43,311 nt of DNA, from positions 1 through 43,311 of IMG/VR virus record IMGVR_UViG_2537561670_000003. One strand, given 5' to 3'. Below the pieces are notes generated by a model. The model was given only the letters and a program-made list of their open reading frames with translations, did no database searches and had not been told where the DNA came from. The DNA comes from a virus (taxonomy: Duplodnaviria; Heunggongvirae; Uroviricota; Caudoviricetes). A program made the position numbers and the translations under genes. Positions 28,183-36,990 of the stretch are shown here, piece by piece (the first letter of the stretch is position 1; each line of letters opens with the position of its first letter).

Positions 28183-28204
28183 AAAAAAACCACCCGAAGG
28201 TGGT
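28183..28204 (-). terminator. Rho-independent terminator downstream of peptidase gene
   Basis: Minus-strand hairpin ACCACC-UUCG-GGUGGU followed by seven U residues, about 25 nt after the peptidase stop. Confidence 0.5.
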
Positions 28205-28228
28205 CTTATATGAATCTTTAACGCGGAC

Positions 28229-29128
28229 TTAGCAAATATTCCACATCATCGTACTACCGTTATGGTTTTCGATAATTTTTGCGGCTGGGCTAGTACCAAA
28301 AGAGTGCATATAGCAATGATGAATAGTAAGGACCAGATCCTGCAACGTTTGGTCACTCTCTAGCTCCATGATATTTAAACCAATATTTTGAGCTTTGTCC
28401 AAATGAATATGTCTGGCATGTGCATACGTTGCTTGGTGGTTGTTTAACTCATCACATATACGCTTAGCCTTAGCTTCAGCGTCAGCCTGACCTGCGAACA
28501 TACCAGTACAAAGCCATTTCTGGACAATTTCGTTCGCCCAGAGAATTGCTTTTTCACACTCGCCAATCAACGTTGGATTTAGTTTTTGGAACGTAAATTG
28601 CCACCATTGCAGTGCAGCAGGGTTGGCAAAAATTTCCGCTTTTGCTCTCTCATACTCCTCAATAATTGCATGAGATGATAACCCATTAAACTGTGGATCA
28701 ATTGGCCCCAAGTTCGACTGTTTACCTAAAACGATCTGCTCAGCACAACAAGCAAGCATTGTGCCACAACTCATTGAAATCATAGGTACAATCGCTCGGA
28801 TATTGGTTCCGAACTTTGAACGAAGATAATGACCAATTGATTCTAGAGCTGCGATATCGCCTCCAGGAGTATGGAGTAAGATATCCAATCCCAGACTCGT
28901 ATCTAACCCATTGATAGCAGACATAAGACCATTTTTATCATCATCTGACATCTGGATCAGATGTTGAAACCCAGGCCCCCCTTTTTGAAGGAAGCCTGAG
29001 TAATAAGAAATTACATTTCGGCCAGTATGTTTCGATAAATCACGTAAGTACTTGTGGCGAACCTCATCCGCTGGTGTACGTTGAGCGATAGTACCCATCT
29101 CACCCAATACGTCTATCCAATTTGGCAT
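28229..29128 (-). CDS. ClpP-fold serine peptidase (S49/SDH-like)
   Basis: Motifs LLHTPGGDIAA and ISMSCGTMLAC resemble ClpP-fold oxyanion-hole and nucleophile-Ser regions; low-GC gene in an AT-rich island. Confidence 0.55.
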   Translation of the reverse strand: MPNWIDVLGEMGTIAQRTPADEVRHKYLRDLSKHTGRNVISYYSGFLQKGGPGFQHLIQMSDDDKNGLMSAINGLDTSLGLDILLHTPGGDIAALESIGHYLRSKFGTNIRAIVPMISMSCGTMLACCAEQIVLGKQSNLGPIDPQFNGLSSHAIIEEYERAKAEIFANPAALQWWQFTFQKLNPTLIGECEKAILWANEIVQKWLCTGMFAGQADAEAKAKRICDELNNHQATYAHARHIHLDKAQNIGLNIMELESDQTLQDLVLTIHHCYMHSFGTSPAAKIIENHNGSTMMWNIC

Positions 29129-29140
29129 GTTATCAATTTA

Positions 29141-29347
29141 TCAGTATGAGTACAGTTGGTGAGATTGCTGACCGTTCTGCTCAGTAGTATTTGGTGTTAC
29201 TGTGCTGTATGAATAGAGCACACCACTTCTCACATTCAGATCGTTTTGCTGAGCGAGAACACGCATAGCAAAATGCTGTACGGATTCGCCTTTTTGAAAC
29301 TCTTGGGGTTGTATGCCCATTTTTTCGTAAAATTCAGCAGCGCTCAT
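29141..29347 (-). CDS. Small hypothetical protein co-transcribed with peptidase
   Basis: 68 aa, stop 13 nt before the peptidase start, same strand, AT-rich context. Confidence 0.45.
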   Translation of the reverse strand: MSAAEFYEKMGIQPQEFQKGESVQHFAMRVLAQQNDLNVRSGVLYSYSTVTPNTTEQNGQQSHQLYSY

Positions 29348-29660
29348 GATATGTCCCTCGTTTTTTTCTACATCTATGCAATTCCAGGAGCCATCAACAC
29401 AAGATGTAGTAGTTAGCAGTCGTCAAATACACGAAAAGCCTCAAGATGAGGCTTAAAAAGATTCTTTTTGATAAAGATTTAGCCAAACTATAGCGGTCAA
29501 AATGCAGATTTGACAAGTATAAAAAGCACTTAAAGCCTATAAATAGGCAGTTTTTGAGAATTAAAGCATCTTTAATGAGGTTGAACAAAATGCAGTCTTG
29601 ACGCTGAACAGGACTTTACTGGAACGTAGAGCTAAATGGTTCGATTTCATGAACCAGTTA

Positions 29661-29690
29661 CAAAAAAACCCGCTCATCGGCGGGTTTATA
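29661..29690 (-). terminator. tR'-like Rho-independent terminator downstream of Q
   Basis: Minus-strand hairpin AAACCCGC...GCGGGUUU followed by seven U residues, about 90 nt after the Q-like stop; this is where the lambdoid late promoter and terminator are expected. Confidence 0.5.
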
Positions 29691-29779
29691 AAACTTTGGC
29701 AACATATCAAATATGCTTCAAATATGGCTTATTTTGTTGCATTTTGCAAGCGTGTTTGAAGGAGATGGTGAAATTTACT

Positions 29780-30490
29780 TCACATTTCTGCCACTTTGAG
29801 GGCTTCTTCTTCCTCATAGTATTCAAGAGCCATGGCCAACGCAGATTCATCAAGCTGGGTAAAAGCGGCCTTTAACCCAGCCCAGTGCCCTGAATAGACA
29901 CGCAACCATGTCGAACGGTCAACGCTAACCATGCGGGCCAACGCTGCACCAGCATAGTCTTTATAGGTTTCATTATTTCTGGTTGCGGCAATTTCCTGCC
30001 CTGCCAGCCATACCAGGCCTATCAGTTTCTTTACTACGCGCTCCTGAAGGGAGTTATCACCCAGGCATTTCTGATAAGTTTTCCAGACGTATTCACACAT
30101 CATCACCTGGTGCTTATAGCTAAGGTCAAAACCGTAGCAGTACCGCAACCAGGCCTGCTGGTATCCACTAAGCGCGGACACTGCCCTACGCCACGGCGCG
30201 GACTCAAATTCCGCATCTTTTATCGGCGGCATTGGCCTGCGGCGGCTGCGTGTTTCCAGCACATACAGTGGCGCGGAAAGTGAGTTAACAAAGCGTGGCC
30301 CCTTCTCTCCTTCGAGTTCGACGAGATGAATTCCACGGCGAGGGGTGGCATTTTTGTCTGCTGGTGGGTGTTCACTGAAAGCCTCAAGCTGCCCTTTTGT
30401 TCCCCCAGACAGGTCAGGTAGCGCGCGGCGCAATTCTATTCTTACAAAATTCAGGTCTTGTTGATTCATGCTTCTTTGCGCTCCATACAC
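29780..30490 (-). CDS. Putative late antiterminator Q
   Basis: Assigned by position: last early gene, immediately upstream of the tR'-like terminator and the lysis region. Family assignment is not certain from sequence alone. Confidence 0.45.
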   Translation of the reverse strand: MYGAQRSMNQQDLNFVRIELRRALPDLSGGTKGQLEAFSEHPPADKNATPRRGIHLVELEGEKGPRFVNSLSAPLYVLETRSRRRPMPPIKDAEFESAPWRRAVSALSGYQQAWLRYCYGFDLSYKHQVMMCEYVWKTYQKCLGDNSLQERVVKKLIGLVWLAGQEIAATRNNETYKDYAGAALARMVSVDRSTWLRVYSGHWAGLKAAFTQLDESALAMALEYYEEEEALKVAEM

Positions 30491-31519
30491 TTAAGCTTTC
30501 GCAATTACGCCGATCGCCAGCGCCCGATCCATAAAACGCAGTAGCAGCTCAAGCTGCGTACCATGCTTCTGCTCGAATGCCGGTACATCGGCGTGTAACT
30601 CGTCGTGGCACTCTCTGCACAGAGGGATCACGAAGAGATCATGGGCTTTTGTTGCTGTCCCCCCCATACCGTGCCCTACGATATGGTGCGGATCATCTGC
30701 TGGCCGTCGGCAACACTCACAGGGTTGTGTTTTAACCCAGCGGGTGTACGTCTCATTTATCCAGCGGCGTCGCTTTGGCCTGAGCATGAAAGATTCTGGA
30801 GACTCCGGATCAACAGAGAGCGTGAGGATCTTCTTCGCCTTCTCCTGCACGAGGCTGGTTGCAGAAGCGGAAGGCACAATGTCGCTTTCCCTCATGACCG
30901 AGCGGATCTTATCATCCGGAAGGCGTAGCCCCTTGTGCGCAACGCTTTCCGGAATAACATCAGCCAGGTCGTTTCTGACCATCCACCAGCACAGTTCCGG
31001 AAGCGTCAGGATATGCGACTCGGGAAAACCAGAATCACGCCGAATGACTTCCAGAATCCAGGATACCAGGTTTCCTGCCGCTATACCTGCAAGCTGTTCG
31101 GTATGCTGCCCCGACAAAGTGTGATCGCAATGCCAGCACAGGCGAATACTTCCTGGTGGGTGCCGCATTGTTGTGAAGTTCTTGTCGTGCCACGATGAAT
31201 GTGGCCACTGGCATTCAAACCGATTACTCAACCATTGCTCAAGGGAAGGAAGCCCACCAGCACGCTGAATAACCCGATCATTCTCGAAGACCTGCCGCAT
31301 TACCGGATCATCAGCCAGCGGCTGAATGGCGGCGGGAACAGCTCCTGTACTGAATGACGCCATTTCTTCTGGTTCAGGCTCAAGCAGAACGCGACCGCGC
31401 ATAAAGAGGTGCATCAGTTCCGCGCCGGGACGAAACAACACAATCCCCATACGATGGGCGATCTCGGGGGTAAGCAGAGCTCTCACGCGACCTGCCCCCT
31501 GGCAATGTGTTCTGCCCAC
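30491..31519 (-). CDS. nin-region protein with C-terminal Cys/His HNH-like motif (DUF968/NinG-like)
   Basis: C-terminal ...CECCRRPADDPHHIVGHGMGG...CRECHDELH. Overlaps the upstream gene, so the true start is probably internal. Confidence 0.5.
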   Translation of the reverse strand: MGRTHCQGAGRVRALLTPEIAHRMGIVLFRPGAELMHLFMRGRVLLEPEPEEMASFSTGAVPAAIQPLADDPVMRQVFENDRVIQRAGGLPSLEQWLSNRFECQWPHSSWHDKNFTTMRHPPGSIRLCWHCDHTLSGQHTEQLAGIAAGNLVSWILEVIRRDSGFPESHILTLPELCWWMVRNDLADVIPESVAHKGLRLPDDKIRSVMRESDIVPSASATSLVQEKAKKILTLSVDPESPESFMLRPKRRRWINETYTRWVKTQPCECCRRPADDPHHIVGHGMGGTATKAHDLFVIPLCRECHDELHADVPAFEQKHGTQLELLLRFMDRALAIGVIAKA

Positions 31520-32166
31520 AGTCCACCAATCCAGCGCACGCCTTTCGCCGTGAAACGTGCCTGGCTGAATGCATGATTTGAGGTTACGGATGTGCCGGTT
31601 TTCACTTCAAAACGGCCCGCATCAATATGCTGATGCCGTGGGGTCATCGTTCCGCCAAGACGATACATGATGTCGTTCTCAAGGAGGAATAACCGCAGAT
31701 CGGGCTCTTTGGCCTTAAGCAGTTTTGCCACCTGGCGGAATGACATTGACCCACTGGCTGTACAGTACCGATCAACAAACGCTACCTTCGGCGCCGCGGC
31801 AGCCAGTTCGTTAGTCAACTGCTGTTTTTGTTCTGCAAGGTCAGCTGCAAGACGTAGGGCTTCAGAGAATGATTGAGGAATCGTCTGCTGCTGTGCCTGC
31901 TCAAGCTCCTGCCAGCGATCAACCAGACGCGCGGTAAACTCCGGCGACAGCTGCGCGACAACGATATAACTGTCCCGCTTCCCTATCAGATAAACCGATA
32001 CCGACTGATTGAGGTGATTTTTAACTTCCCCCATTGGGGGGAGTTCAATAACACCGCGCTCTGCCAGGCGTTCAATGGACCGTTTAACATGGTCATGTCT
32101 TGATTCCACCAGCTCAGCAATATCGCTGCTGGACATGGTTAACGCTGTTGTTGCTAACTGGCTCAT
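31483..32166 (-). CDS. Rha-family regulator / antirepressor-like protein (KilA-C-like C-terminus)
   Basis: N-terminal ...SSSDIAELVESRHDHVKRSIERL... is Rha-like. Start chosen at the M following the RusA stop. Confidence 0.5.
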   Translation of the reverse strand: MSQLATTALTMSSSDIAELVESRHDHVKRSIERLAERGVIELPPMGEVKNHLNQSVSVYLIGKRDSYIVVAQLSPEFTARLVDRWQELEQAQQQTIPQSFSEALRLAADLAEQKQQLTNELAAAAPKVAFVDRYCTASGSMSFRQVAKLLKAKEPDLRLFLLENDIMYRLGGTMTPRHQHIDAGRFEVKTGTSVTSNHAFSQARFTAKGVRWIGGLWAEHIARGQVA

Positions 32167-32179
32167 ACTTTTCTCCATA

Positions 32180-32566
32180 TCAGGCGGCTGCACCCGCCGG
32201 TTCATATCTGCTGATTGTTATCTCTACCCGACCTTTCGGCACAACGGGTCCCCATTCCACCAGCATGCGCTTAATCTGGCTGTCGTCTTCCCAGACACCC
32301 GCATGCGTCAGCGCGTCAAACAGGGCTTTGTTGTAATTATCGATATCCCGGCGGCGCGCATCCGGCGGGTACAGAGTGATTTCTACCGCTGCCAGTTCAG
32401 TCGATGGCTTCGGGAGACGTCGTAATTGCTCAATGATCGCCACGCAGGCAGCGCTCTGGTATTTACGGCCAGCGGCGCTAATGAGGTGACGACCGGCCAG
32501 CGGCCCCTTGTTAGGGGCGCGCCAGTAAGTGTTCACGCTCGGAGGAAAAGGCAGGATCAGTTTCAC
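32180..32566 (-). CDS. rusA: Holliday junction resolvase RusA
   Basis: 128 aa; ...LPFPPSVNTYWR...DIDNYNKALFDALTHAGVWEDDSQI... matches RusA (recalled). Confidence 0.85.
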   Translation of the reverse strand: MKLILPFPPSVNTYWRAPNKGPLAGRHLISAAGRKYQSAACVAIIEQLRRLPKPSTELAAVEITLYPPDARRRDIDNYNKALFDALTHAGVWEDDSQIKRMLVEWGPVVPKGRVEITISRYEPAGAAA

Positions 32567-33882
32567 GCGGCCTCTCCCCGCATATTGCGAACAAGTTCAG
32601 AAGCAGCAGTAATGATTTCGCTGGTGGCAGTCCGCTCCAGCCAGAGTTGATTGATATTGGCTTTCAGCTTGTGTTGCAGTGACTCATCCAGCATGTCAGC
32701 ACCATCCACCTGGTCGAATACAATTCTAACCTCCAGCGGCCAGATACGGGACTCGGGAAGCGGATCCGATACTGGTTTAGCTTTCTCACGAATGTGCATG
32801 CGGATCTGGCGAATATTGGACCAACTGGAAACATCCAGGCTTCCCATGGCTGCAATGAAGTCAGTGCTGTTCATGCCATATTCACCGGATGCTTCAAGGG
32901 CAACAGTGCGAATACGTTCCGACATATCCAGGCGCACAGCAGCGTCATCGAATTCAATCGACAACAGCCACTCATCCACACCGAACAAAATACTCTCACG
33001 AATAAGCAGCTTCGCTTTGTCGATCGTTAAAGGTGATACCTGAGTGAATTCCGGTGCTTCGACAGAATCCGCCGCCCAGGTATGCCCAAACTTCGATTCA
33101 CTGAATGTGTATTCTTCTTTATCGCCAAACGCAGCTCTAACGCATGCCCACGCCTCGACACCGCTGATAGCAAAAATATCTTTCTGGGTGAGTGGCAACT
33201 CTGCTTCTGGCTTATCAGCTGCAGGAGGTGTGGCAGTTACAGGTTGAGACTTGCTGGCAGCAAATTGTGCCAAAGCCATAAACGCCCGCCCTTTTGCCTC
33301 CAGTTCTGTGCGGTTGATATAGCTGAACCGCTCGCCACGCCATGACTTATCGAATACAGCTATGGCACCGGCAAAAAACGCGCTGGTGGGTTTCTGTTTT
33401 TCGTCAGCAGGTACAAACCACACAGGCAGATCGAACCCAATGCGCCCGCGAATGAATACAATGTGATCGGCATCTTCCGGCCACCACGTTTCACTCGGCG
33501 CGGCTTTTATCAGGAATACATAGCGACCGCCCTTCTCGCGCTGGGCTGCTGCGTAGTTCATGATGTGCGTCATGCCGGTGATCGCCTGCTTCTCGTGGTA
33601 CTGCGAACGGCTATACGGTGGGTTGCCATAGCCAGCGCCACCCAGTTCAGCCAGACGTTCAGACCAGTCCTGCGTCAGCGCGTTATCTTCGGCGGTGTAC
33701 CATGCCGGGCATTTCGCGTTGTCGTCGTCAGCAAACAAATCCAGAACTAATGGACCAAATAGCGCGTTGATCCCCCAAAAAAGCAGATCCGGTGTCCGCC
33801 ACTGATCGCCAACCTCTTTCAATTCGTGAGCTGGTTTGCTACGCAGTGCCGCCAGCGCCTGGCAATATTTATTGGTCATCAT
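32563..33882 (-). CDS. Dam-like N6-adenine methyltransferase domain (NPPY) fused to a ~250-aa C-terminal domain of unknown function
   Basis: N-terminal ~190 aa carry the GYGNPPYSR catalytic motif; the C-terminal half is unassigned. Lies immediately downstream of the O-like gene. Confidence 0.7.
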   Translation of the reverse strand: MMTNKYCQALAALRSKPAHELKEVGDQWRTPDLLFWGINALFGPLVLDLFADDDNAKCPAWYTAEDNALTQDWSERLAELGGAGYGNPPYSRSQYHEKQAITGMTHIMNYAAAQREKGGRYVFLIKAAPSETWWPEDADHIVFIRGRIGFDLPVWFVPADEKQKPTSAFFAGAIAVFDKSWRGERFSYINRTELEAKGRAFMALAQFAASKSQPVTATPPAADKPEAELPLTQKDIFAISGVEAWACVRAAFGDKEEYTFSESKFGHTWAADSVEAPEFTQVSPLTIDKAKLLIRESILFGVDEWLLSIEFDDAAVRLDMSERIRTVALEASGEYGMNSTDFIAAMGSLDVSSWSNIRQIRMHIREKAKPVSDPLPESRIWPLEVRIVFDQVDGADMLDESLQHKLKANINQLWLERTATSEIITAASELVRNMRGEAA

Positions 33883-34760
33883 GAACGGAACCCCGAATTT
33901 TCTGGCAGTGAGTAATCAACACTCTGGAAGTTTGCGCGGCTGGCTGAGTTAGTCTCCCATTTGCCGTTAACGCGTTCAGGCCGGCCAGCACTGGACCATT
34001 TGGTCGCGCTTTGCAGGTAACCAGGGAAGTTTTTTGGAATGAACAGAGTTGCCGGGCGGAGGTATTGCGCCTGCTCGCTATCACGCCAATCGGCATTTTT
34101 GTAATCCACTACCAAGCACAGGTCATCAACAGTGAATTGTTCCCGAAGACGGGCGCGAATATTCTCCAGCGACGTGCTGCATACCTGGTAGCGTGAGCCA
34201 GTAGTCTGATTCAGGTAAGACAAAACCTGTCTGGCCTGATCAGTAATCACAACCTCAGGGTCGGGTTGCGCCGCAACCGGACAAGAGGGTTTTGAAGTTA
34301 CTTGTGGTTCTTGTTTTGATTTTACTGACGGATCCCCACCAGATTCTGACGGGTCAAAACCGCCTTTTTTGCTGGATTTCGACGCCTCAAATTTTGACGG
34401 GTCGGATTTTGATGCATCAGATTTTGATGGGTCAGATTTTGATGCGTCAGATTCTGACAGGTGAGAAAAAGCAGCCTCTCGCAACTTAACGACGTTAAGC
34501 TGATATACGTTCGATGCGTTACGGTTCCCATTACGGCGCTGCTTACGGGAAAGCCAGCCATCCTTCTCAAGCTGAGCAAGGGCCGTCCTTACCGTACTTT
34601 CTCCAGCACCGATTTGACGTGCGATCGTGCCAATAGACGGCCAGCTAACACCCTCATCACTACTGAAGTCGGCCAGACGCGCCATGATGGCAACGCTGGA
34701 TAACTTCATGCCTGACGAAGCGCATGCATCCCATACGTAACCGGTTAATTTAGTGCTCAT
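33879..34760 (-). CDS. Replication initiation protein (O-like; N-terminal winged helix, internal iteron-encoded linker)
   Basis: The repeated SKSD/PSKSD peptide linker is encoded by the DNA repeats at ~34340-34465, as with lambda O/ori. Position after cro and a cII-like gene. Confidence 0.7.
   Translation of the reverse strand: MSTKLTGYVWDACASSGMKLSSVAIMARLADFSSDEGVSWPSIGTIARQIGAGESTVRTALAQLEKDGWLSRKQRRNGNRNASNVYQLNVVKLREAAFSHLSESDASKSDPSKSDASKSDPSKFEASKSSKKGGFDPSESGGDPSVKSKQEPQVTSKPSCPVAAQPDPEVVITDQARQVLSYLNQTTGSRYQVCSTSLENIRARLREQFTVDDLCLVVDYKNADWRDSEQAQYLRPATLFIPKNFPGYLQSATKWSSAGRPERVNGKWETNSASRANFQSVDYSLPENSGFRS
34340..34465. repeat. Iteron array (putative origin of replication) inside the O-like gene
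   Basis: Five to six direct repeats of ~16 bp, CAGATTTTGATGGGTC and close variants. Confidence 0.5.
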
Positions 34761-34769
34761 GGTCGTCCT

Positions 34770-35108
34770 TTAATTCTGTAAATTTACGCTGGAATTGTTC
34801 AAGAGGGCTGAAGCACTCATGATCGTACCCTTCGCGAAGGTATATAACGCGCTGTGTATCTGGCTCCCAGCGGACAACTCTGACGGGAACTCCGTAGTGA
34901 TCTCTGAACCGCCGGTTAACTTCAGCCATTCCTCGCGCCCCTTCTCGTTCATCTGAACAAATGCTTCTACCATCAAGTCTGCTGGCTGGTAGTTGCCTCC
35001 ATCAGCCGCGTTATTTATGATTTCCACATAGCCGAACTGGGCATCTTTACCCACCAGCGGCAAACATCTGAATTGCTTAGCTGGTCTGAATCGGTTTACA
35101 CTGTTCAT
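34770..35108 (-). CDS. Hypothetical protein
   Basis: 112 aa ORF between the cII-like and O-like genes. Confidence 0.4.
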   Translation of the reverse strand: MNSVNRFRPAKQFRCLPLVGKDAQFGYVEIINNAADGGNYQPADLMVEAFVQMNEKGREEWLKLTGGSEITTEFPSELSAGSQIHSALYTFAKGTIMSASALLNNSSVNLQN

Positions 35109-35668
35109 GCGTTAGTTTCTCCACTGATACGACACGCCAAGGCGCCCGGAGCTGCACACTCGCGGGCGTCACCTTTTCTGCCTGTTGAAACGAATACGTC
35201 AATCGCCTGATCTGAAACACCAACCCCATAAAGCGCCATAAATCCCAGGAACCCGTGAATCTGGTGGCGGAGCTTCTTACTGAATAATTCTGAAAGCATT
35301 TTGCGCTCTGATGAATCAATTACCCCATCAGCCGCTGCTGCCATCTTGGCATTAGCCAGCTCACCAGATGCTGCTGCCGCTTTCATCTCAATGCTGTACA
35401 GCTCAACGTTATCCAGGCTCTCAGCAGTTGGAACATCCACCAGCCATTTCCCTTTTCGGTTCGCCTGGTACTCGGCCAAGTAACAAGAACCAGACAGGTC
35501 CTCCATCCGTTCCAGTTCTGCCAAGGTAAAGAACCGACTGCCACACTTCTGGTACAGGTGGTTGTGGAACTGGTCGATAGTCATCCCTAAATCGGAAGCC
35601 ATACCTAAGCGACCATGCTTGTGTGCCTTACACATCAGGCGGATTGCTGTATTTATGCTGTCTACCAT
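35105..35668 (-). CDS. Putative early regulatory protein (cII position; family uncertain)
   Basis: Directly downstream of cro; start chosen at MVDSINTAIRL. Confidence 0.35.
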   Translation of the reverse strand: MVDSINTAIRLMCKAHKHGRLGMASDLGMTIDQFHNHLYQKCGSRFFTLAELERMEDLSGSCYLAEYQANRKGKWLVDVPTAESLDNVELYSIEMKAAAASGELANAKMAAAADGVIDSSERKMLSELFSKKLRHQIHGFLGFMALYGVGVSDQAIDVFVSTGRKGDARECAAPGALACRISGETNA

Positions 35669-35699
35669 GTTGATTTCCCTCTGGTAGTTAATAATCAAC

Positions 35700-35957
35700 T
35701 TAAAGTTGACTATTGTTGTTAGCGGAAGGTATGCCGTCATTTTTGTTCGGATAAATATCAGGTCGTAATTGATGGGGAGTTACTACCCATCCGCCCCATT
35801 GGCAGAGTTGAATAACTCTTTCAGAAGGTACTCGGTTCTTTGCAATCCAGTTCGCAACAGATTGAACTGATTGGAATTCAAACCGCCTTGATACCTCTGA
35901 AATCGACCCGATCGCCTTCACAGCTTTAGCTGTTACATTCTTGTGTTGAGATGACAT
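35700..35957 (-). CDS. cro: Cro-like HTH repressor
   Basis: Small HTH protein divergent from the CI-like gene; ...AKAVKAIGSISEVSRRFEFQSVQSVANWIAKNRVP...; ATG at 35957. Confidence 0.6.
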   Translation of the reverse strand: MSSQHKNVTAKAVKAIGSISEVSRRFEFQSVQSVANWIAKNRVPSERVIQLCQWGGWVVTPHQLRPDIYPNKNDGIPSANNNSQL

Positions 35958-36026
35958 GTGTTCTCCTATGACTAAGCCTGCATCAATACTACTTATAGTA
36001 GCAATTATTAGCAACTTAAAATAGAA
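35958..36026. promoter_or_regulatory. OR-like operator/promoter region between cro and cI
   Basis: Inverted repeat CTACT-TAT-AGTAG at ~35989-36001 and a further TCTACTTA half-site; divergent genes on either side. Confidence 0.45.
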
Positions 36027-36746
36027 ATGACAACTATGCCTTGTGCGCTTAATCTTCTACTTATGGTGGAAAATGCTAAATACAAAGACTTTGCCGAAAG
36101 GCTAAACAGGTCTCTCCAAGAGCAATCTATTGGAGTTAAAGAATTGTCAGAGTTCAGTGGTGTCTCGTATGAGATGGCGCGGCGCTACACTCTTGGTACT
36201 GCAAAGCCGAGAGATGAGAAGATGATTCGAATTGCAGAAAGACTTGCCGTCTCACCGGCTTATCTTGATTATGGTGTGCCTGTTAATGGTGGCGACGCGC
36301 CAGCCAAAGGCACGGTCAGAATAGAGCAATTGGATGTTCATGCTTCAGCCGGTTCCGGATATATAAACCAACCATTCCCTACAATAGTGAGCTCAATAGA
36401 GATTCCAGAAGAGAGGATCTTCGAGTTGTTTGGTCGTAGAAGCCTTGATGGCATCGTCATGATAAATGTTGATGGCGATAGCATGATGCCCACGCTTTGC
36501 CCAAAGGACCTGCTTTTCATAGACAGCAAGGTTGAACAATTCAGCGGCGACGGCGTTTATGTGTTCAATTTTGAAGACAGTACGTTCGTTAAACGTTTGC
36601 AGAAGGTAAAAGGGCGCCGACTGGCAGTTCTTTCAGACAATGAACATTACCCGCCCTTCTTCATAGAGGAGCATGAAATGAATGAACTATACATATTCGG
36701 CAAGCTAATCAGATGCTTACCTCTAAAAATGATAGAGTTTGGCTAA
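36027..36746 (+). CDS. cI: CI-like prophage repressor (HTH plus S24 LexA-like autopeptidase domain)
   Basis: C-terminal domain has catalytic GDSM and a downstream Lys (...VDGDSMMPT...FVKRL...). The ATG at 36027 has no SD, as with the leaderless lambda cI. Confidence 0.85.
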   Translation: MTTMPCALNLLLMVENAKYKDFAERLNRSLQEQSIGVKELSEFSGVSYEMARRYTLGTAKPRDEKMIRIAERLAVSPAYLDYGVPVNGGDAPAKGTVRIEQLDVHASAGSGYINQPFPTIVSSIEIPEERIFELFGRRSLDGIVMINVDGDSMMPTLCPKDLLFIDSKVEQFSGDGVYVFNFEDSTFVKRLQKVKGRRLAVLSDNEHYPPFFIEEHEMNELYIFGKLIRCLPLKMIEFG

Positions 36747-36762
36747 TAATTAATTCATCAAG

Positions 36763-36787
36763 AAACCGGCGAAAGCCGGTTTTTTTT
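36763..36787 (+). terminator. Rho-independent terminator after cI
   Basis: AAACCGGC-GAAA-GCCGGTTT followed by eight T residues. Confidence 0.55.
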
Positions 36788-36799
36788 ACGCCTCCAATT

Positions 36800-36972
36800 C
36801 CTCACCTCATAACACTACACTACTAAAAATTTCATTTTCTACTTTTTGTTGTTGCAATTATCTACTTAAAGTAGCTATAGTCATTGCATCGAAAGCGAAC
36901 AGGCAGGACGCCCACGAAGTAGCCGCCGGTGGCATATGAATAACCGGATGATTCGCTGACAGAAAACTTAGG
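36800..36972. promoter_or_regulatory. OL/pL-like operator-promoter region
   Basis: Repeated CTACT half-sites and the palindrome CTACT-TAA-AGTAG (~36862-36874) matching the OR motif; upstream of the plus-strand early-left operon. Confidence 0.4.
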
Positions 36973-36990
36973 TTGGGGGTAGAGGTTTAC

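Noticed and set aside
29630-29665. tRNA-like T-arm sequence (GGTTCGATTTC) in the Q-to-lysis interval, where Stx phages carry tRNA genes
   Set aside because: No acceptor stem, anticodon arm or complete cloverleaf could be assembled around it; the adjacent hairpin is better explained as the tR'-like terminator.
34340-34465. Possible CRISPR-like direct repeats
   Set aside because: The repeats are ~16 bp, lie inside a coding sequence and have no unique spacers of regular length; they are replication iterons.
36840-36972. Lambda-type nut site (boxA plus boxB hairpin) near the pL-like region
   Set aside because: The nearest boxB-like sequence (GCCCTGAAAAAGGC, ~37530) is on the wrong strand and cannot form the stem; no boxA consensus was found.
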